64,000 nucleotides of DNA. Source: Polyangiaceae bacterium. GTDB lineage: Bacteria; Myxococcota_A; Polyangia; Polyangiales; Polyangiaceae. The translations under genes were made by a program, and so were the position numbers. Below are positions 1-10,090 of this stretch, in pieces; position 1 is the first letter of the stretch; every line of letters begins with the position of its first letter. The notes under the pieces are model-generated. The model saw nothing but the letters and a program-made list of their open reading frames with translations, was not told where the DNA came from and did no database searches. The stretch spans positions 32,001 to 96,000 of the forward strand of contig JBNKBE010000010.1 of NCBI GenBank assembly GCA_050287085.1. Reading direction: 5' to 3'.

Positions 1-1361
1 CCGCGCCGACCGGTGCGACCGACTTCGTGAACGCACAGCAGCTGTTGCTGGTGACCAACACGCAGTGGGGGCAGTACCAGAAGGCCGCTGAGACGATCGC
101 CGCACGGGTATCCGAGACGGACGAGGCGATGCAGCGCGTCTTCGCCGGAACCGATGCAGACGCGTTTATCCGTGACTTCGGGATGAAGGCGTTCCGGCGT
201 CCGGTGACGGAGGACGAGGTTGTGCGCTACCAGGGCGTCTTCGACACGGGTGCAGCCCTCGAAGGTACTCAGAGCGCCTTCACGCGCGGCGCGGGTCTCG
301 TGATCGAGACAATGCTCCAGAGTCCGCACTTCCTCTACCGGATAGAGATGACCCCACCTGGGCAGACCCTTTCCGGCTACGAGCTGGCGGCGAAGCTCTC
401 GCTATACCTGCTGCGCACCATCCCCAGTGACGCACTGATGGAAAAGGCTGCTTCCGGCGCGCTGGACAGCGCGGCGGGTATCGAAGCCGAGGCCCGGGCT
501 ATGCTGGCCACGCCGGAGGCTGCTGAGACGTTCAGCGCTTTCCACTACGAGTTGCTTGAGCTCAGCCGCTTCAAGGACATTGCCAAGACGGACCCGGCCT
601 TCACCGAGGACGTCGCAGGTGAGTTGGTGGAGGCGTCCCGGCTGTTCTTTGAGCGCCTGTACGCCCAAGACCAAGGCGTTCGCGAAATGTTGACGACGCG
701 GACCGGATTTATCGGACCGGCCACGGCACCGTTTTATGGATTGCCGGCGCCAGCCGGCATGGAGGAGACGACGCTTCCCGAGGAACGGGTGGGGTTCTTC
801 ACCCAGCTTCCCTATCTGATGAACTTTGCGCGAGGAAATCAGAGCTACGCGGTGTTGCGCGGTGTGCATATCAATACAGAGGTATTGTGCGCGAAGCTGC
901 CGCCGTTACCGACGGCACCGCCGCCCTTGCCCGACATCGAGTACACCACGAGCCGCGAGTACATGGAACTCGGCACCCTACCCTGTGGTGGAGGTTGTCA
1001 TGACACGTACATCAACGCCTTGGGCTACGCGATGGAGAACTTCGACGGACTTGGTCGAACACGGGACCTAGACAACGGTTATCCCATCGATACTGCGAGT
1101 TCATACCCGTTTCTGGGTGGGATTCAGAACTTCAAGGACTCGAAGGAGTTGATGGCTATCATCTCCGAAAACAAGATGGCTCACGAGTGCTACGCGCGTC
1201 ACATCGCGTCTTATGGTCTTGGGCGTGACTTGGGTGACAGCGACTGGCCGGTGGTCAATACCCTCGCTGACTTCAGTTTGAATCAAAATGCGTCGACCAA
1301 GGAGTTGGTCGTGAAGCTGGTAACGGATCCAGCGTTCTACACCCGCTCAGGAGCGAACTAA
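1..1361 (+). CDS. DUF1592/DUF1595/DUF1588/DUF1585-family (planctomycete-type cytochrome c-like) protein, 5' truncated by window edge
   Basis: Motifs AFRRPV, LQSPHFLYR, YELAAKLS, PSDAL, RG..INTEVLC, C..CH-like CGGGCH, ENFDGLGR. Frame is open back to position 3. TAA overlaps the ATG of the next gene. Confidence 0.85.
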   Translation, partial: APTGATDFVNAQQLLLVTNTQWGQYQKAAETIAARVSETDEAMQRVFAGTDADAFIRDFGMKAFRRPVTEDEVVRYQGVFDTGAALEGTQSAFTRGAGLVIETMLQSPHFLYRIEMTPPGQTLSGYELAAKLSLYLLRTIPSDALMEKAASGALDSAAGIEAEARAMLATPEAAETFSAFHYELLELSRFKDIAKTDPAFTEDVAGELVEASRLFFERLYAQDQGVREMLTTRTGFIGPATAPFYGLPAPAGMEETTLPEERVGFFTQLPYLMNFARGNQSYAVLRGVHINTEVLCAKLPPLPTAPPPLPDIEYTTSREYMELGTLPCGGGCHDTYINALGYAMENFDGLGRTRDLDNGYPIDTASSYPFLGGIQNFKDSKELMAIISENKMAHECYARHIASYGLGRDLGDSDWPVVNTLADFSLNQNASTKELVVKLVTDPAFYTRSGAN

Positions 1362-2818
1362 TGAGGCACAATCGTACCAGCCGAATGCACCAGAACCTAC
1401 TGCGCCGCCGCAACTTCATCGGAGGAGCTAGCGGTCTGCTGGTGGGACTGCCATTTCTAGAAAGCCTTCCATCGCGCTCAGCTTGGGCGCAGGGCGAAAA
1501 CCCGGTCTTCTCCTTCGTGATGGTTTCGGCCAACGGAGTGGTTCAGGAGCGATTTTGGCCTACGCAGGAAGGGGCGATATCCGCTCAATCGATGACCGGC
1601 AAGGCGGTTGAGCCGCTTGCCGACTATGCCTCGAACCTGCTCTTCGTGGGAGGTTTGTCGTACCCTGCTGGGCTTCGTAGCTGCGGTCACGCAGAAGGCT
1701 TGTGCGAGTCGCTCACGGGTATTGGTCCGTCCAGCACCGGTAACGGTGCGCAGTCGGGAGGTGAGTCCATCGACATGTACATCTCCAAGACGGTCAACGA
1801 GCAGGGGCTGGATCCGATCAGTCTCTACGCCGGTGCGAGGAACTACATCGGTGAACGATCGTCGTTTGCCGGGCGGGGCACGGCGCGTTCGATGCAGCTT
1901 AACCCCTACGCGGCCTTCCAGGAGCTGGTGGGTGTTGCAGACGATTCGACCGCTCCGAGCACACCTCCTGAGGGCGGCGGGGGAGCGGCCCCTTCCGGTC
2001 CTACGGCGATGACCGACGAAGTCTTGATCCGCCGCAAGAGCGTACTCGACACCGTCCGCGGTGAGCTGAGTGAGCTCGAGAACCTCAGCGGGATCAGCGC
2101 TAGCGACAAAGTGCGTTTGCAGACGCACATGGAGGCGTTCCGCGAGGTAGAGGTGGATCTGGTCGACACTGGCGACGAGATGGGTCAGATGGCAGGGGAC
2201 GATCCGGAAGTGTCTCCGTTCATGGCCAGCTGCTCGATTGGGTCGCTTGATAAGGCCGGCATTGAGGCCTTCAGTGGTGGCGTTAACTTCAGTCAGAACG
2301 GCAACATGATTGAGGATATCGTGCGCTTGCATGGTGAGGTCGTAGCGCTGTCCTTTGCCTGCAATCAGAACCGCGTTGCTGTGTTGCAGTGGGGCGATGG
2401 CACCGACGGTACGAAGTATTCAGGGCTTACGGGCAACGCCGTCAATTGGCCGTTTCATCAGGTGAGTCACGGCATCCAGAGCGACTCGGCTGGGGGTAAC
2501 GACCCGGACGCGCGAGACACACACGCGCAGATCGATGTTATTCGTATGACCACGTTCGGCCAGATCTTGAAGCACTTCAAGGAGCGAGGGTTGTTTGCGC
2601 ATTCCGTGGTCTACTGGACAAGCCATGTGGCCACGGGGTCCCATAGCTTCAACAATCTGCCGTGTATTGTTGCAGGTAGTGGCGGTGGCTACTTCAAGCA
2701 GGGTCAATATGTAAGCGCGCCGGACAAGAACGGTGCGCTATTGGCCGCCATCGGCGAGGCGGCGGGTGCAGGCAGCAACTTCGCGGGCGCAAGCCCCTTG
2801 GGTGTGGTGAAAGTCTAG
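1361..2818 (+). CDS. DUF1552 (HXXSHH-family) Tat-exported protein
   Basis: Twin-Arg signal RRRNFIGG..LPFLES, HQVSH motif, C-terminal GSH.F.NLP..VAG.GGGYFK.G; follows the DUF1592 gene. Confidence 0.85.
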   Translation: MRHNRTSRMHQNLLRRRNFIGGASGLLVGLPFLESLPSRSAWAQGENPVFSFVMVSANGVVQERFWPTQEGAISAQSMTGKAVEPLADYASNLLFVGGLSYPAGLRSCGHAEGLCESLTGIGPSSTGNGAQSGGESIDMYISKTVNEQGLDPISLYAGARNYIGERSSFAGRGTARSMQLNPYAAFQELVGVADDSTAPSTPPEGGGGAAPSGPTAMTDEVLIRRKSVLDTVRGELSELENLSGISASDKVRLQTHMEAFREVEVDLVDTGDEMGQMAGDDPEVSPFMASCSIGSLDKAGIEAFSGGVNFSQNGNMIEDIVRLHGEVVALSFACNQNRVAVLQWGDGTDGTKYSGLTGNAVNWPFHQVSHGIQSDSAGGNDPDARDTHAQIDVIRMTTFGQILKHFKERGLFAHSVVYWTSHVATGSHSFNNLPCIVAGSGGGYFKQGQYVSAPDKNGALLAAIGEAAGAGSNFAGASPLGVVKV

Positions 2819-2863
2819 CGGCCGCACTCTTCGAGTGAGCCGCAGTGGTGGCTGCACCAGTTG

Positions 2864-2895
2864 AAGGCCGCACCTCTTTGAGGTGCGGCTTTTTT
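2864..2895 (+). terminator. Rho-independent terminator
   Basis: Perfect 10-bp stem GCCGCACCTC (2867-2876), TTT loop, GAGGTGCGGC (2880-2889), then T6, downstream of the DUF1552 stop. Confidence 0.85.
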
Positions 2896-2962
2896 CATGG
2901 GGTAGTAGGCTTGTGCCCGACTGACCTTCGCCGCTGGGACCGTCGGGGGGCCGGGGTGCGCG

Positions 2963-3820
2963 TTAGGGTTCCAGGCGGGCTAACACGCGGCTCAAACGCT
3001 CTTGCCAACTGGGGATTGGTCGCCCTAGGGCCGCGATCGTTTCGGTCAGATCGAGCACGCTATAGTGAGGGCGTTGGGCAGGCGTTGGGTACTGCTCCGA
3101 GCTACACGGCAGCACCTCACAGGGGCGCTCGAGCTGCTCAACGATGGCTCGCGCCAACTCGTACCAGGTGCATTCACCGCTGTCTGTGCCGTGAAAGACC
3201 CCCGTGAGACCTCCGTCCAGGAGCCGGAGGGAGGTCTCCACCAGGCCGAGCGCACTGCTCGGACGACCGCGCTGATCGTTGACGATGCGCAGTGTGCTTC
3301 GCTCTTGGCTGAGACGCGCAATCGTGCGAACGAAGTTCTTGCCCCAAGAGGCATAGAGCCAACTTGTTCTGATGAGCAGGGAGTTGGCTCCGCTGGCTAG
3401 AAGAAGCTCTTCGCCGCGTGCTTTGCTGCGACCATAGGCGTTCACGGGGTCACGCTTCGCCGTGACGTGATAGGGCGTGCTGGCCTGACCGCTGAAGACG
3501 TAGTCGGTGCTGTAATGGAGCAGGGTGGCGCCCTGGGCCTTGCACGCTCGTGCGAGCTCACCCACCGCGTCGCCGTTGAGCGCCGTCGCCTCCGCTTCGT
3601 GGACCTCTGCTGCATCCACGTCCGTCCAGGCGGCGCAGTTGACAACCACGCGCGCAGAGCTCGCCGCCTCATTAGCGCCGCCGACCGTGAGCAGGTCGAA
3701 CTCCGGACGATCGAGCACGCGGAAGCTACGCACGGCGAGTGTCAAGGCCTCTTGCCAAGCGCGCCCCAGCATTCCACGCCCGCCGATGAGAGCAAACTCA
3801 CAGTGTTCGCGTCTAGGCAC
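2963..3820 (-). CDS. rmlD: dTDP-4-dehydrorhamnose reductase
   Basis: GGRGMLG, NCAAWTDVD.AE, STDYVF.G, YGRSK, NDQRGRP, RPHYSVLD. Start placed at GTG 3820, overlapping the rmlB stop. Confidence 0.95.
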   Translation of the reverse strand: MPRREHCEFALIGGRGMLGRAWQEALTLAVRSFRVLDRPEFDLLTVGGANEAASSARVVVNCAAWTDVDAAEVHEAEATALNGDAVGELARACKAQGATLLHYSTDYVFSGQASTPYHVTAKRDPVNAYGRSKARGEELLLASGANSLLIRTSWLYASWGKNFVRTIARLSQERSTLRIVNDQRGRPSSALGLVETSLRLLDGGLTGVFHGTDSGECTWYELARAIVEQLERPCEVLPCSSEQYPTPAQRPHYSVLDLTETIAALGRPIPSWQERLSRVLARLEP

Positions 3821-4865
3821 GCGTACGCTCTCCGTAGTTCTTGGTGATCCAGTCGCGGTAGGCTCCAGAGCGAACCTGCTCAACCCAGTCGGGGTGCTCT
3901 AGGTACCATTGTACGGTCTTAGCGAGCCCCGATTCGAACGTGCTTTGCGGTTGCCAACCGAGCTCCCTTTCGAGTTTGGAGGCGTCGATGGCGTATCTCA
4001 AGTCGTGACCAGGCCGGTCTTGCACAAAGGTGATCAGCTTCGTCAAGCTGCCTTCTGGGCTGCCTGTTGTTTGCGCTACCAAAGCGCAGATGGCGTGTAC
4101 CACGTCGAGGTTCGAGACCTCGTTGTGGCCCCCGATGTTGTAGGTTTCACCTACCTGGCCCTGCTGGATGACAGTCCAGATCGCTTCGCAATGATCGTCG
4201 ACGAAGAGCCAGTCTCGTACGTTGAGGCCTTTGCCATATACGGGCAGGGGCTTTCGTTCCAGACAATTGAGAATCATGAGTGGAATGAGTTTCTCAGGAA
4301 ACTGCAGGGGCCCATAGTTGTTGGAGCAGTTGGTAATCTTCACGGCCAGCCCGTAGGTGCGTGCGTAGGCGCGTACGAGATGGTCGCTGGCCGCTTTGCT
4401 TGCAGAGTATGGGCTAGAAGGATCGTAGCGAGAGACTTCTGTGAAACGGCCGCTGCTTCCGAGGGAGCCGTAGACCTCGTCAGTACTGACGTGGTGGAAT
4501 AGGCCGGCCCCGGGTGACCAGTGTGTTCGGCAGGCTTCGAGGAGTTCGAAAGTGCCCTGAATGTTGGTGCGAACGAACTCACCCGGACCCAGGATGCTGC
4601 GGTCGACGTGGCTTTCGGCGGCGAAGTGGATCACTAGATCGGGACGTTCAGCTTCGAATACAGCCAGCACGTCTTCGCGCGAAGCGATGTCTCCATGCAC
4701 GAGCTTGTAGTTCGAGGCTGTTTGCAGCTCAGCCAGATTCGCCGGGTTGGCCGCGTACGTGAGCTTGTCAAAATTGACGAAGTCGTGGTTCGGAAAGCGG
4801 GGGACGAACATGTTCAGGAAGTTCGCTCCGATGAAGCCAGCTCCGCCTGTTACCAGTATGCGCAT
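3813..4865 (-). CDS. rmlB: dTDP-glucose 4,6-dehydratase
   Basis: VTGGAGFIG, DKLTYA, HFAAESHVDRSI, HVSTDEVYG, YSASKA, QFPEKLIP, DRPGHDLRYAID. Confidence 0.97.
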   Translation of the reverse strand: MRILVTGGAGFIGANFLNMFVPRFPNHDFVNFDKLTYAANPANLAELQTASNYKLVHGDIASREDVLAVFEAERPDLVIHFAAESHVDRSILGPGEFVRTNIQGTFELLEACRTHWSPGAGLFHHVSTDEVYGSLGSSGRFTEVSRYDPSSPYSASKAASDHLVRAYARTYGLAVKITNCSNNYGPLQFPEKLIPLMILNCLERKPLPVYGKGLNVRDWLFVDDHCEAIWTVIQQGQVGETYNIGGHNEVSNLDVVHAICALVAQTTGSPEGSLTKLITFVQDRPGHDLRYAIDASKLERELGWQPQSTFESGLAKTVQWYLEHPDWVEQVRSGAYRDWITKNYGERTRA

Positions 4866-4935
4866 GATTCGGTTTGAGACACAGCCGAACCCCGAGGCTC
4901 GGCCGCTGCCGGGTGAAGAAGGGAGTTGCGTGGGG

Positions 4936-5493
4936 CTAGGTGTGATAGTGGGGCAAGCGTTCTACCGGAATGTCTCGCAGGCGCGGCCATGCGCGGTCTT
5001 TTTCGGAGACCTGCTCCGCCTCGTACGGCCACTCGATCGCGAGATCAGGATCATCGAAGCGAATGCCGAGCTCGTTTTCCGGGCTGTAGCCGCTGGTGCA
5101 CTTGTAGGTGAAGATGGCGTGGTCAGAGAGAACGCAGTAGCCGTGTGCAAAGCCGGGCGGAATGTAGAGCTGTCGTAGCGATTGGTCGTCCAGGAGTACG
5201 CTACAGTGTTGACCAAAGGTGGGAGAGCCCACGCGTACGTCAACGGCAACGTCATAGACTTGGCCGCGAGCGACGCTTACGAGCTTGCCCTGACCGTGGG
5301 GGTGCTGAAGGTGCAGTCCGCGCAGGACACCATAGGCAGAGCCAGCGATGTTGTCCTGCACGAAGTGGGTTGGAAGTCCGGCGTCGGAGTAGCGGCGGGC
5401 GGACCACGTTTCTGCAAAGAAGCCTCTTGGGTCTCCGAACACGCGAGGTTCGACGACGACCAATTCGCTAATGGACAGGTGTTCGACTTTCAC
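4936..5493 (-). CDS. rmlC: dTDP-4-dehydrorhamnose 3,5-epimerase
   Basis: [51 protein letters not shown] overlap with rmlA. Confidence 0.96.
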   Translation of the reverse strand: MKVEHLSISELVVVEPRVFGDPRGFFAETWSARRYSDAGLPTHFVQDNIAGSAYGVLRGLHLQHPHGQGKLVSVARGQVYDVAVDVRVGSPTFGQHCSVLLDDQSLRQLYIPPGFAHGYCVLSDHAIFTYKCTSGYSPENELGIRFDDPDLAIEWPYEAEQVSEKDRAWPRLRDIPVERLPHYHT

Positions 5494-6395
5494 AGGTCGT
5501 CCTCGGCGAGGCGTGCGAGATAGGCGCCGTAGCGTGTTTTCTCGAGGGTTCGGGCGCTTTCAAGTAGCTGGGCCTTGTCGATCCACCCCTTGGTATAGGC
5601 GATTTCCTCGGGGCACGCGATCTGCAGCCCCTGACGGCTAACGACGGTCTGAATGAAGTTGCCCGCGGCCAGCATGTTTTCGGGAGTACCGGTGTCGAGC
5701 CACGCGATGCCGCGCCCCAGCTTTTCGAGATGCAGATTGCGTTCCTCGAGATACAGACGGTTTAGATCGGTGATTTCTAGTTCTCCACGCTGTGAGGGCT
5801 TGAGCGAACGGGCGAGCTCTGGCGCTCTCTCGTCGTAGAAGTACAAGCCCGTAACCGCGTAGTGACTCTTTGGTTGCGTTGGCTTCTCCTCCAGACCCAC
5901 AACGCGACCACTGGCATCGAATTCCGCAACACCGTAGTCTTTGGGGTTCTGGGTGTGGTAGCCGAACACCGTGGCGCCTTGCGTGCGGCGCGCAGCCCGC
6001 TCAACCACGTCCGTGAGTCCGCGCCCGTAGAAGATGTTGTCTCCCAACACCATTGCGGCGTGGGCGCCGGCCAGAAACTCTTCTCCGAGAATAAACGCCT
6101 GAGCCAGGCCCTCGGGCTTTGGCTGAACGGCGAAGGTGATCTGCATGCCCCACTGGGAACCATCACCCAGAAGACGGCGAAACTGTCCGCTTTCCTCAGG
6201 CGTGTTGATGATGAGTACCTCTCGCAGGCCGGCCAGCATCAACACGCTCAGCGGATAGTAGATCATCGGCTTGTCGTAGACGGGGATGAGCTGCTTGCTG
6301 ACCGCCAGGGTGATGGGGTGAAGGCGTGTCCCGGCGCCGCCGGCCAACACGATACCTCGGCGGGTTATCGCGCGCTCGGGAGGCGCGGCGGTCAT
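5490..6395 (-). CDS. rmlA: glucose-1-phosphate thymidylyltransferase
   Basis: [54 protein letters not shown]. Start set at ATG 6395. Confidence 0.97.
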   Translation of the reverse strand: MTAAPPERAITRRGIVLAGGAGTRLHPITLAVSKQLIPVYDKPMIYYPLSVLMLAGLREVLIINTPEESGQFRRLLGDGSQWGMQITFAVQPKPEGLAQAFILGEEFLAGAHAAMVLGDNIFYGRGLTDVVERAARRTQGATVFGYHTQNPKDYGVAEFDASGRVVGLEEKPTQPKSHYAVTGLYFYDERAPELARSLKPSQRGELEITDLNRLYLEERNLHLEKLGRGIAWLDTGTPENMLAAGNFIQTVVSRQGLQIACPEEIAYTKGWIDKAQLLESARTLEKTRYGAYLARLAEDDL

Positions 6396-6706
6396 GATGG
6401 CTCTCCACTCGCTTGGGTGTTGCGGATGGGCTCTCGGCGCAAGGAGGGCGACATAGGCGAAAGCTAGCGCGGAACCGTAGTTGCTTCGAGTATTCGTCGA
6501 TTCGCTTCCCGCTAAGGCGTCGTTACGCGACGCTGAGTCAGTGGAGAGGCCCTGCGGCCGAACAAGCATGGGCTCCAGCGTGGTTGTTTCCGGGACGCGG
6601 CAGGGCTATTGGATTACCTGTGCGGATCGTCAACGACCCAGTCGGCGGCGGTGCCGATCTCAGAGCGCGTTGGCGGGGTGGTGGGCCGTCCCGGCTTAGG
6701 CGTGCT

Positions 6707-9700
6707 TTGGATGGGCGAGGGAGGCCATTTTGCGTCGGCGCGGCGGGGTTGTTGGTGGCCGTGTTGTGCGGGTTGAGGCCGTCCATGGCGTCGGCAGAGC
6801 CGCCCGCCGCGGCGGTCAGCGCCCCCAGCGCTTCGGTTGCGGTCGGCGTTGGGGCCGCGCCGTCCGCAAGTAGCGCTACGGAAGAACCTCCAGCGTCTCA
6901 CGGCGCAGCCAGTTCGGCGCCGCCTACAGAGCCAGGCCCGGTACCGGCTCTCATCGATGCTCTGGAGCGTCGTATTCAAGACGTCGAAGCGCTGACCCGG
7001 AGTCAATTGGCGGGCGACGAAGATCTCGTGCGTCTATTGGGTTTCGACCCGGCTGAGCCAGAAGAAGCGCTCGAGGTGGAGCGAGCCCGCTTGCGGATGC
7101 TGGTCGGGGCTGGCGCTCCAAAGTCAGTTGCAGAAGGTGCTGGCGGTGGTGGAGGCGCTGGCGCGCCGTCGGCGGCTGGCTCAGGGGGAGGCGCGCCTGA
7201 TCCGGAGAGGACGGCTCGTCCGGTGGCTTCGGGTGGGGGCGGGATCGGCGGCGCGGATTCCCTCGGTGCGGGCTCGGCGTCCACTGTCGGCACTCCCTCA
7301 GAGCCGGTGCGGGTCACCCTGGCGGAGGCTCGGCGACGACTCGATGCGGCGCGCCTCAAGTTCTGGGAGTTGCCTCGCTCGGAACGAGAACGCCTCCTTG
7401 CGCAACAGGCGGTCCTCCGCGCCGAGTCGGTAGCTACCGCGCGGAGTCGGCAGATCGACGAGGCTGAAGAGGCGGCCCGACGCGCCGAGGAGGAACAGCG
7501 CCGCGCGCTGGAAGCTGCGCGGCTGGCGCGCACTGAAGCTGCGCGGCTGGTCGCTGAGGAATACGCAACGCTGCTTGCCGTGGCTCAGCGGCAAGCGCAA
7601 TTCGAAGCGCGTTTGCTGCAAGGCCGTGACGCGATGGCGCAACGTCGGGACGAGCTCTTGGTCTGGCGCCGCCGCGTTCAAGCGGTGATCGACGCGCCGG
7701 CCATCGGTGCTGCTGCTGCCGCCAACGCGGATGCCACCTACGTGGAGCTACGCCGGGCGCTGCTCGCGTCACGAACGACCCTAGCCACCTCATTGTCCGA
7801 GTGGGGACGGGCGGCTGAGGTTGTGCCCCAGGCGCCAGCGACTACGCTTAGCCAGTTGCCGGCGGAAGTGGACGTTACCGCGGCGGAACGCGAGCGCGGC
7901 GTTGTCGCAGCAAAAGCGGTTGAGCTGATTGCCGAGCAGCAAGGCTACGAAGCCGAGCGGGCGCAACAGCTGATGGCTGAAGTCGAAGAGCTCAATCGTC
8001 TTCGCCTACAGATCCTGGAGTCCTTGTCGCCCCATATGCGCGGCGAGGTACTTGGCTTTGGGGCGCGTGGCTGGCAGCAGGCGGGCGCCGAGATCTGGCA
8101 GGTGTCGCTGACCGTTCGCTATCATGTTCAGGCGACGCTCGATTGGCTTGCGGCAATTCAAAGCGGCGCACAAAGAAGTCAATCTGCGCTGTTCTCGGCC
8201 ATGCTCGTGTTCAAGCTCCTATTTGCCGTGGGGGTGTTGTGGGCGTGGCGGAGACGGGCGCCCGCGGCATTTGCTGCTTTGCGCGAGCGCTTGCGTGTCG
8301 CGCTGCGCTCGCGCGGGGGAAAAGACTGGCTTGCTATTGGTTCGATCGGAGAGCGCAGTGTCGTCTTCCTCGAGAAAGTGCGACGACCGCTCGAGTGGTT
8401 GCTGCTCGTTGCGACCATCAACATCATGCTACCCAGCGCAGCGCGTGAGTTGCTCGAGGTGCGGGCCACCAGCAGTGTTCTGCTCTGGTTGTTTGGGGGG
8501 CACTTCATCGTTCTGGCGCTCGACGCATTGTCCTCTTCCTCCAGCGCTAGCAGTCGAGCGCCCGCAGAGGCCGTGGCGGCGACTCCCACGGGCTCTCTTC
8601 GCATGCGATCGCTACGTCTTGCGGGGAGAGCGGTAGTCGCTTTCGGACTGCCGCTCTCCCTCAGCGAGCTGCTGGTGGGGCGGGGGACTGTTTACGGCTG
8701 GGTCTTTTCTACCTGCTGGTTCGTTGCGCTGCCGATCTTGCTGGTGATCATTGCCTGGTGGCGCCCCGTCATCTTTGAGCGTTTCGAGTTGATTCGAAAG
8801 CCTTCGCGCTTTGAGGCATGGGTACTCTCGAGACGAGAAAAGCCTGCCAATTGGCGTGCCTCCATCGTTAGCAGCGTCGCGGCGGTGGCCGGCGGCATAT
8901 ACCTTTTCGTTCGCGGCGCGGGCCGCGTTGCCCGAGGCCGAGTTCTCGCTTTCAACGTCACACGTCGCGTATTGGCCTACCTCTTTCGGCGCGACATGAC
9001 CAAGCGGGCCCAAGAGGCTCGTCCCAGCTTGTTGCAGCCCCTGGCGGCTGGGCTGTTCCACTCGCTGGGCCCCGATGTGCCTTCGGAGCAGTTGGTGGGT
9101 AGCATAGCCGACGGCCAAGTCGACGAGGTCGTGGAGCGGATTGTGCGGGCAGGTGGCGGCACCGTTGCCATCGTAGGCGAACGCGGAGCGGGCAAGACGA
9201 CCGTGCTTCGACGCATCGTGGCATCGCGGGCCGAGCCGTTGTCCATCCGATGTGATCGCAGTGGCTTTGCGTCCTTGGTTGACCAGCTCAACACGTTGCT
9301 TGACCTGCCATCACAGACGCCGATCGAGCAAGCCGTGCGGCACCTGGATGCACGCGGCGACGATCACGCGCTTCTCATCGATGATGCCCACTTCCTGGTG
9401 CGGCCCATGATGGGGGGACTACACGAGCTTGATCGCGTATTGGGTCTGCTGCGCCGCTATTCACGCAATTGCACCTGGATTCTCGCGTTCGACTCATCGC
9501 TGTGGGGTTTCGTGGAGCGAGCGCGCGGACAGGGGCCGCTATTCGACAAGGTTATTCGTCTCAAAGCGTGGGACGAAGCCGCCATTGTTCGTTTGATAGT
9601 GCAGCGCAATCGAGCGACGGAGGTGGTTCCCGACTTTCGGCAGCTCGGTCTTGATTTGCCGGCCAATGCTGATCGGGCGGACATCGCTGAGGCCGCTCGT

Positions 9701-10090
9701 CGGACGGAAGCGAACTACTATCGGCTCTTGTGGGACTATGCGGGGGGCAATCCTGGTGTGGCGCTTCACTTCTGGCGTCGTTCGCTTGGAGCGACGCGCG
9801 CCGGCAAGATACTGGTGAAGCTCTTTGACGCTCCCGGTGCGGGGCAACTGGACGCTTTGCCAGAGTCGGCAGCGTTTGCGCTACGAGCATTGGTGCAAAT
9901 GCATTGGGCGAGTGTCGCCGAGGTATCAGAAACCACCAATCTACCCCAGGCCGTGGTCGAGGATGCCCTGCGCCACGGTCAGCAACTCGGCCTGTTTGAT
10001 ATCGAAGATGAGCGTTACCGTATTGCGTGGGATTGGTATCGCGCGGTTACACGCTTTCTCCTGCGCCGTCACCTACTCCCTGCGCCATGA
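6707..10090 (+). CDS. large membrane protein: signal-like N-terminus, low-complexity linker, long helical/coiled region, multiple TM helices, C-terminal P-loop ATPase plus winged-helix-like tail
   Basis: Walker A GERGAGKT, Walker B LLIDDAH, YAGGNPG helix-cap motif, several hydrophobic segments. ATGA overlap with mscS. Start uncertain (between 6413 and about 6785). Confidence 0.75.
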   Translation: MDGRGRPFCVGAAGLLVAVLCGLRPSMASAEPPAAAVSAPSASVAVGVGAAPSASSATEEPPASHGAASSAPPTEPGPVPALIDALERRIQDVEALTRSQLAGDEDLVRLLGFDPAEPEEALEVERARLRMLVGAGAPKSVAEGAGGGGGAGAPSAAGSGGGAPDPERTARPVASGGGGIGGADSLGAGSASTVGTPSEPVRVTLAEARRRLDAARLKFWELPRSERERLLAQQAVLRAESVATARSRQIDEAEEAARRAEEEQRRALEAARLARTEAARLVAEEYATLLAVAQRQAQFEARLLQGRDAMAQRRDELLVWRRRVQAVIDAPAIGAAAAANADATYVELRRALLASRTTLATSLSEWGRAAEVVPQAPATTLSQLPAEVDVTAAERERGVVAAKAVELIAEQQGYEAERAQQLMAEVEELNRLRLQILESLSPHMRGEVLGFGARGWQQAGAEIWQVSLTVRYHVQATLDWLAAIQSGAQRSQSALFSAMLVFKLLFAVGVLWAWRRRAPAAFAALRERLRVALRSRGGKDWLAIGSIGERSVVFLEKVRRPLEWLLLVATINIMLPSAARELLEVRATSSVLLWLFGGHFIVLALDALSSSSSASSRAPAEAVAATPTGSLRMRSLRLAGRAVVAFGLPLSLSELLVGRGTVYGWVFSTCWFVALPILLVIIAWWRPVIFERFELIRKPSRFEAWVLSRREKPANWRASIVSSVAAVAGGIYLFVRGAGRVARGRVLAFNVTRRVLAYLFRRDMTKRAQEARPSLLQPLAAGLFHSLGPDVPSEQLVGSIADGQVDEVVERIVRAGGGTVAIVGERGAGKTTVLRRIVASRAEPLSIRCDRSGFASLVDQLNTLLDLPSQTPIEQAVRHLDARGDDHALLIDDAHFLVRPMMGGLHELDRVLGLLRRYSRNCTWILAFDSSLWGFVERARGQGPLFDKVIRLKAWDEAAIVRLIVQRNRATEVVPDFRQLGLDLPANADRADIAEAARRTEANYYRLLWDYAGGNPGVALHFWRRSLGATRAGKILVKLFDAPGAGQLDALPESAAFALRALVQMHWASVAEVSETTNLPQAVVEDALRHGQQLGLFDIEDERYRIAWDWYRAVTRFLLRRHLLPAP

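Noticed and set aside
6396..6569. Long N-terminal extension of rmlA in the ORF track (likewise for the GMC, GT2, wzy and vWA ORFs)
   Set aside because: Longest-ORF artefacts; family similarity and stop/start overlaps favour the later starts.
6707..10090. Anti-phage STAND/NLR defence protein
   Set aside because: No nuclease, TIR or TPR effector/sensor was seen, and the multi-TM architecture and mscS coupling fit an envelope role better. Not fully excluded.
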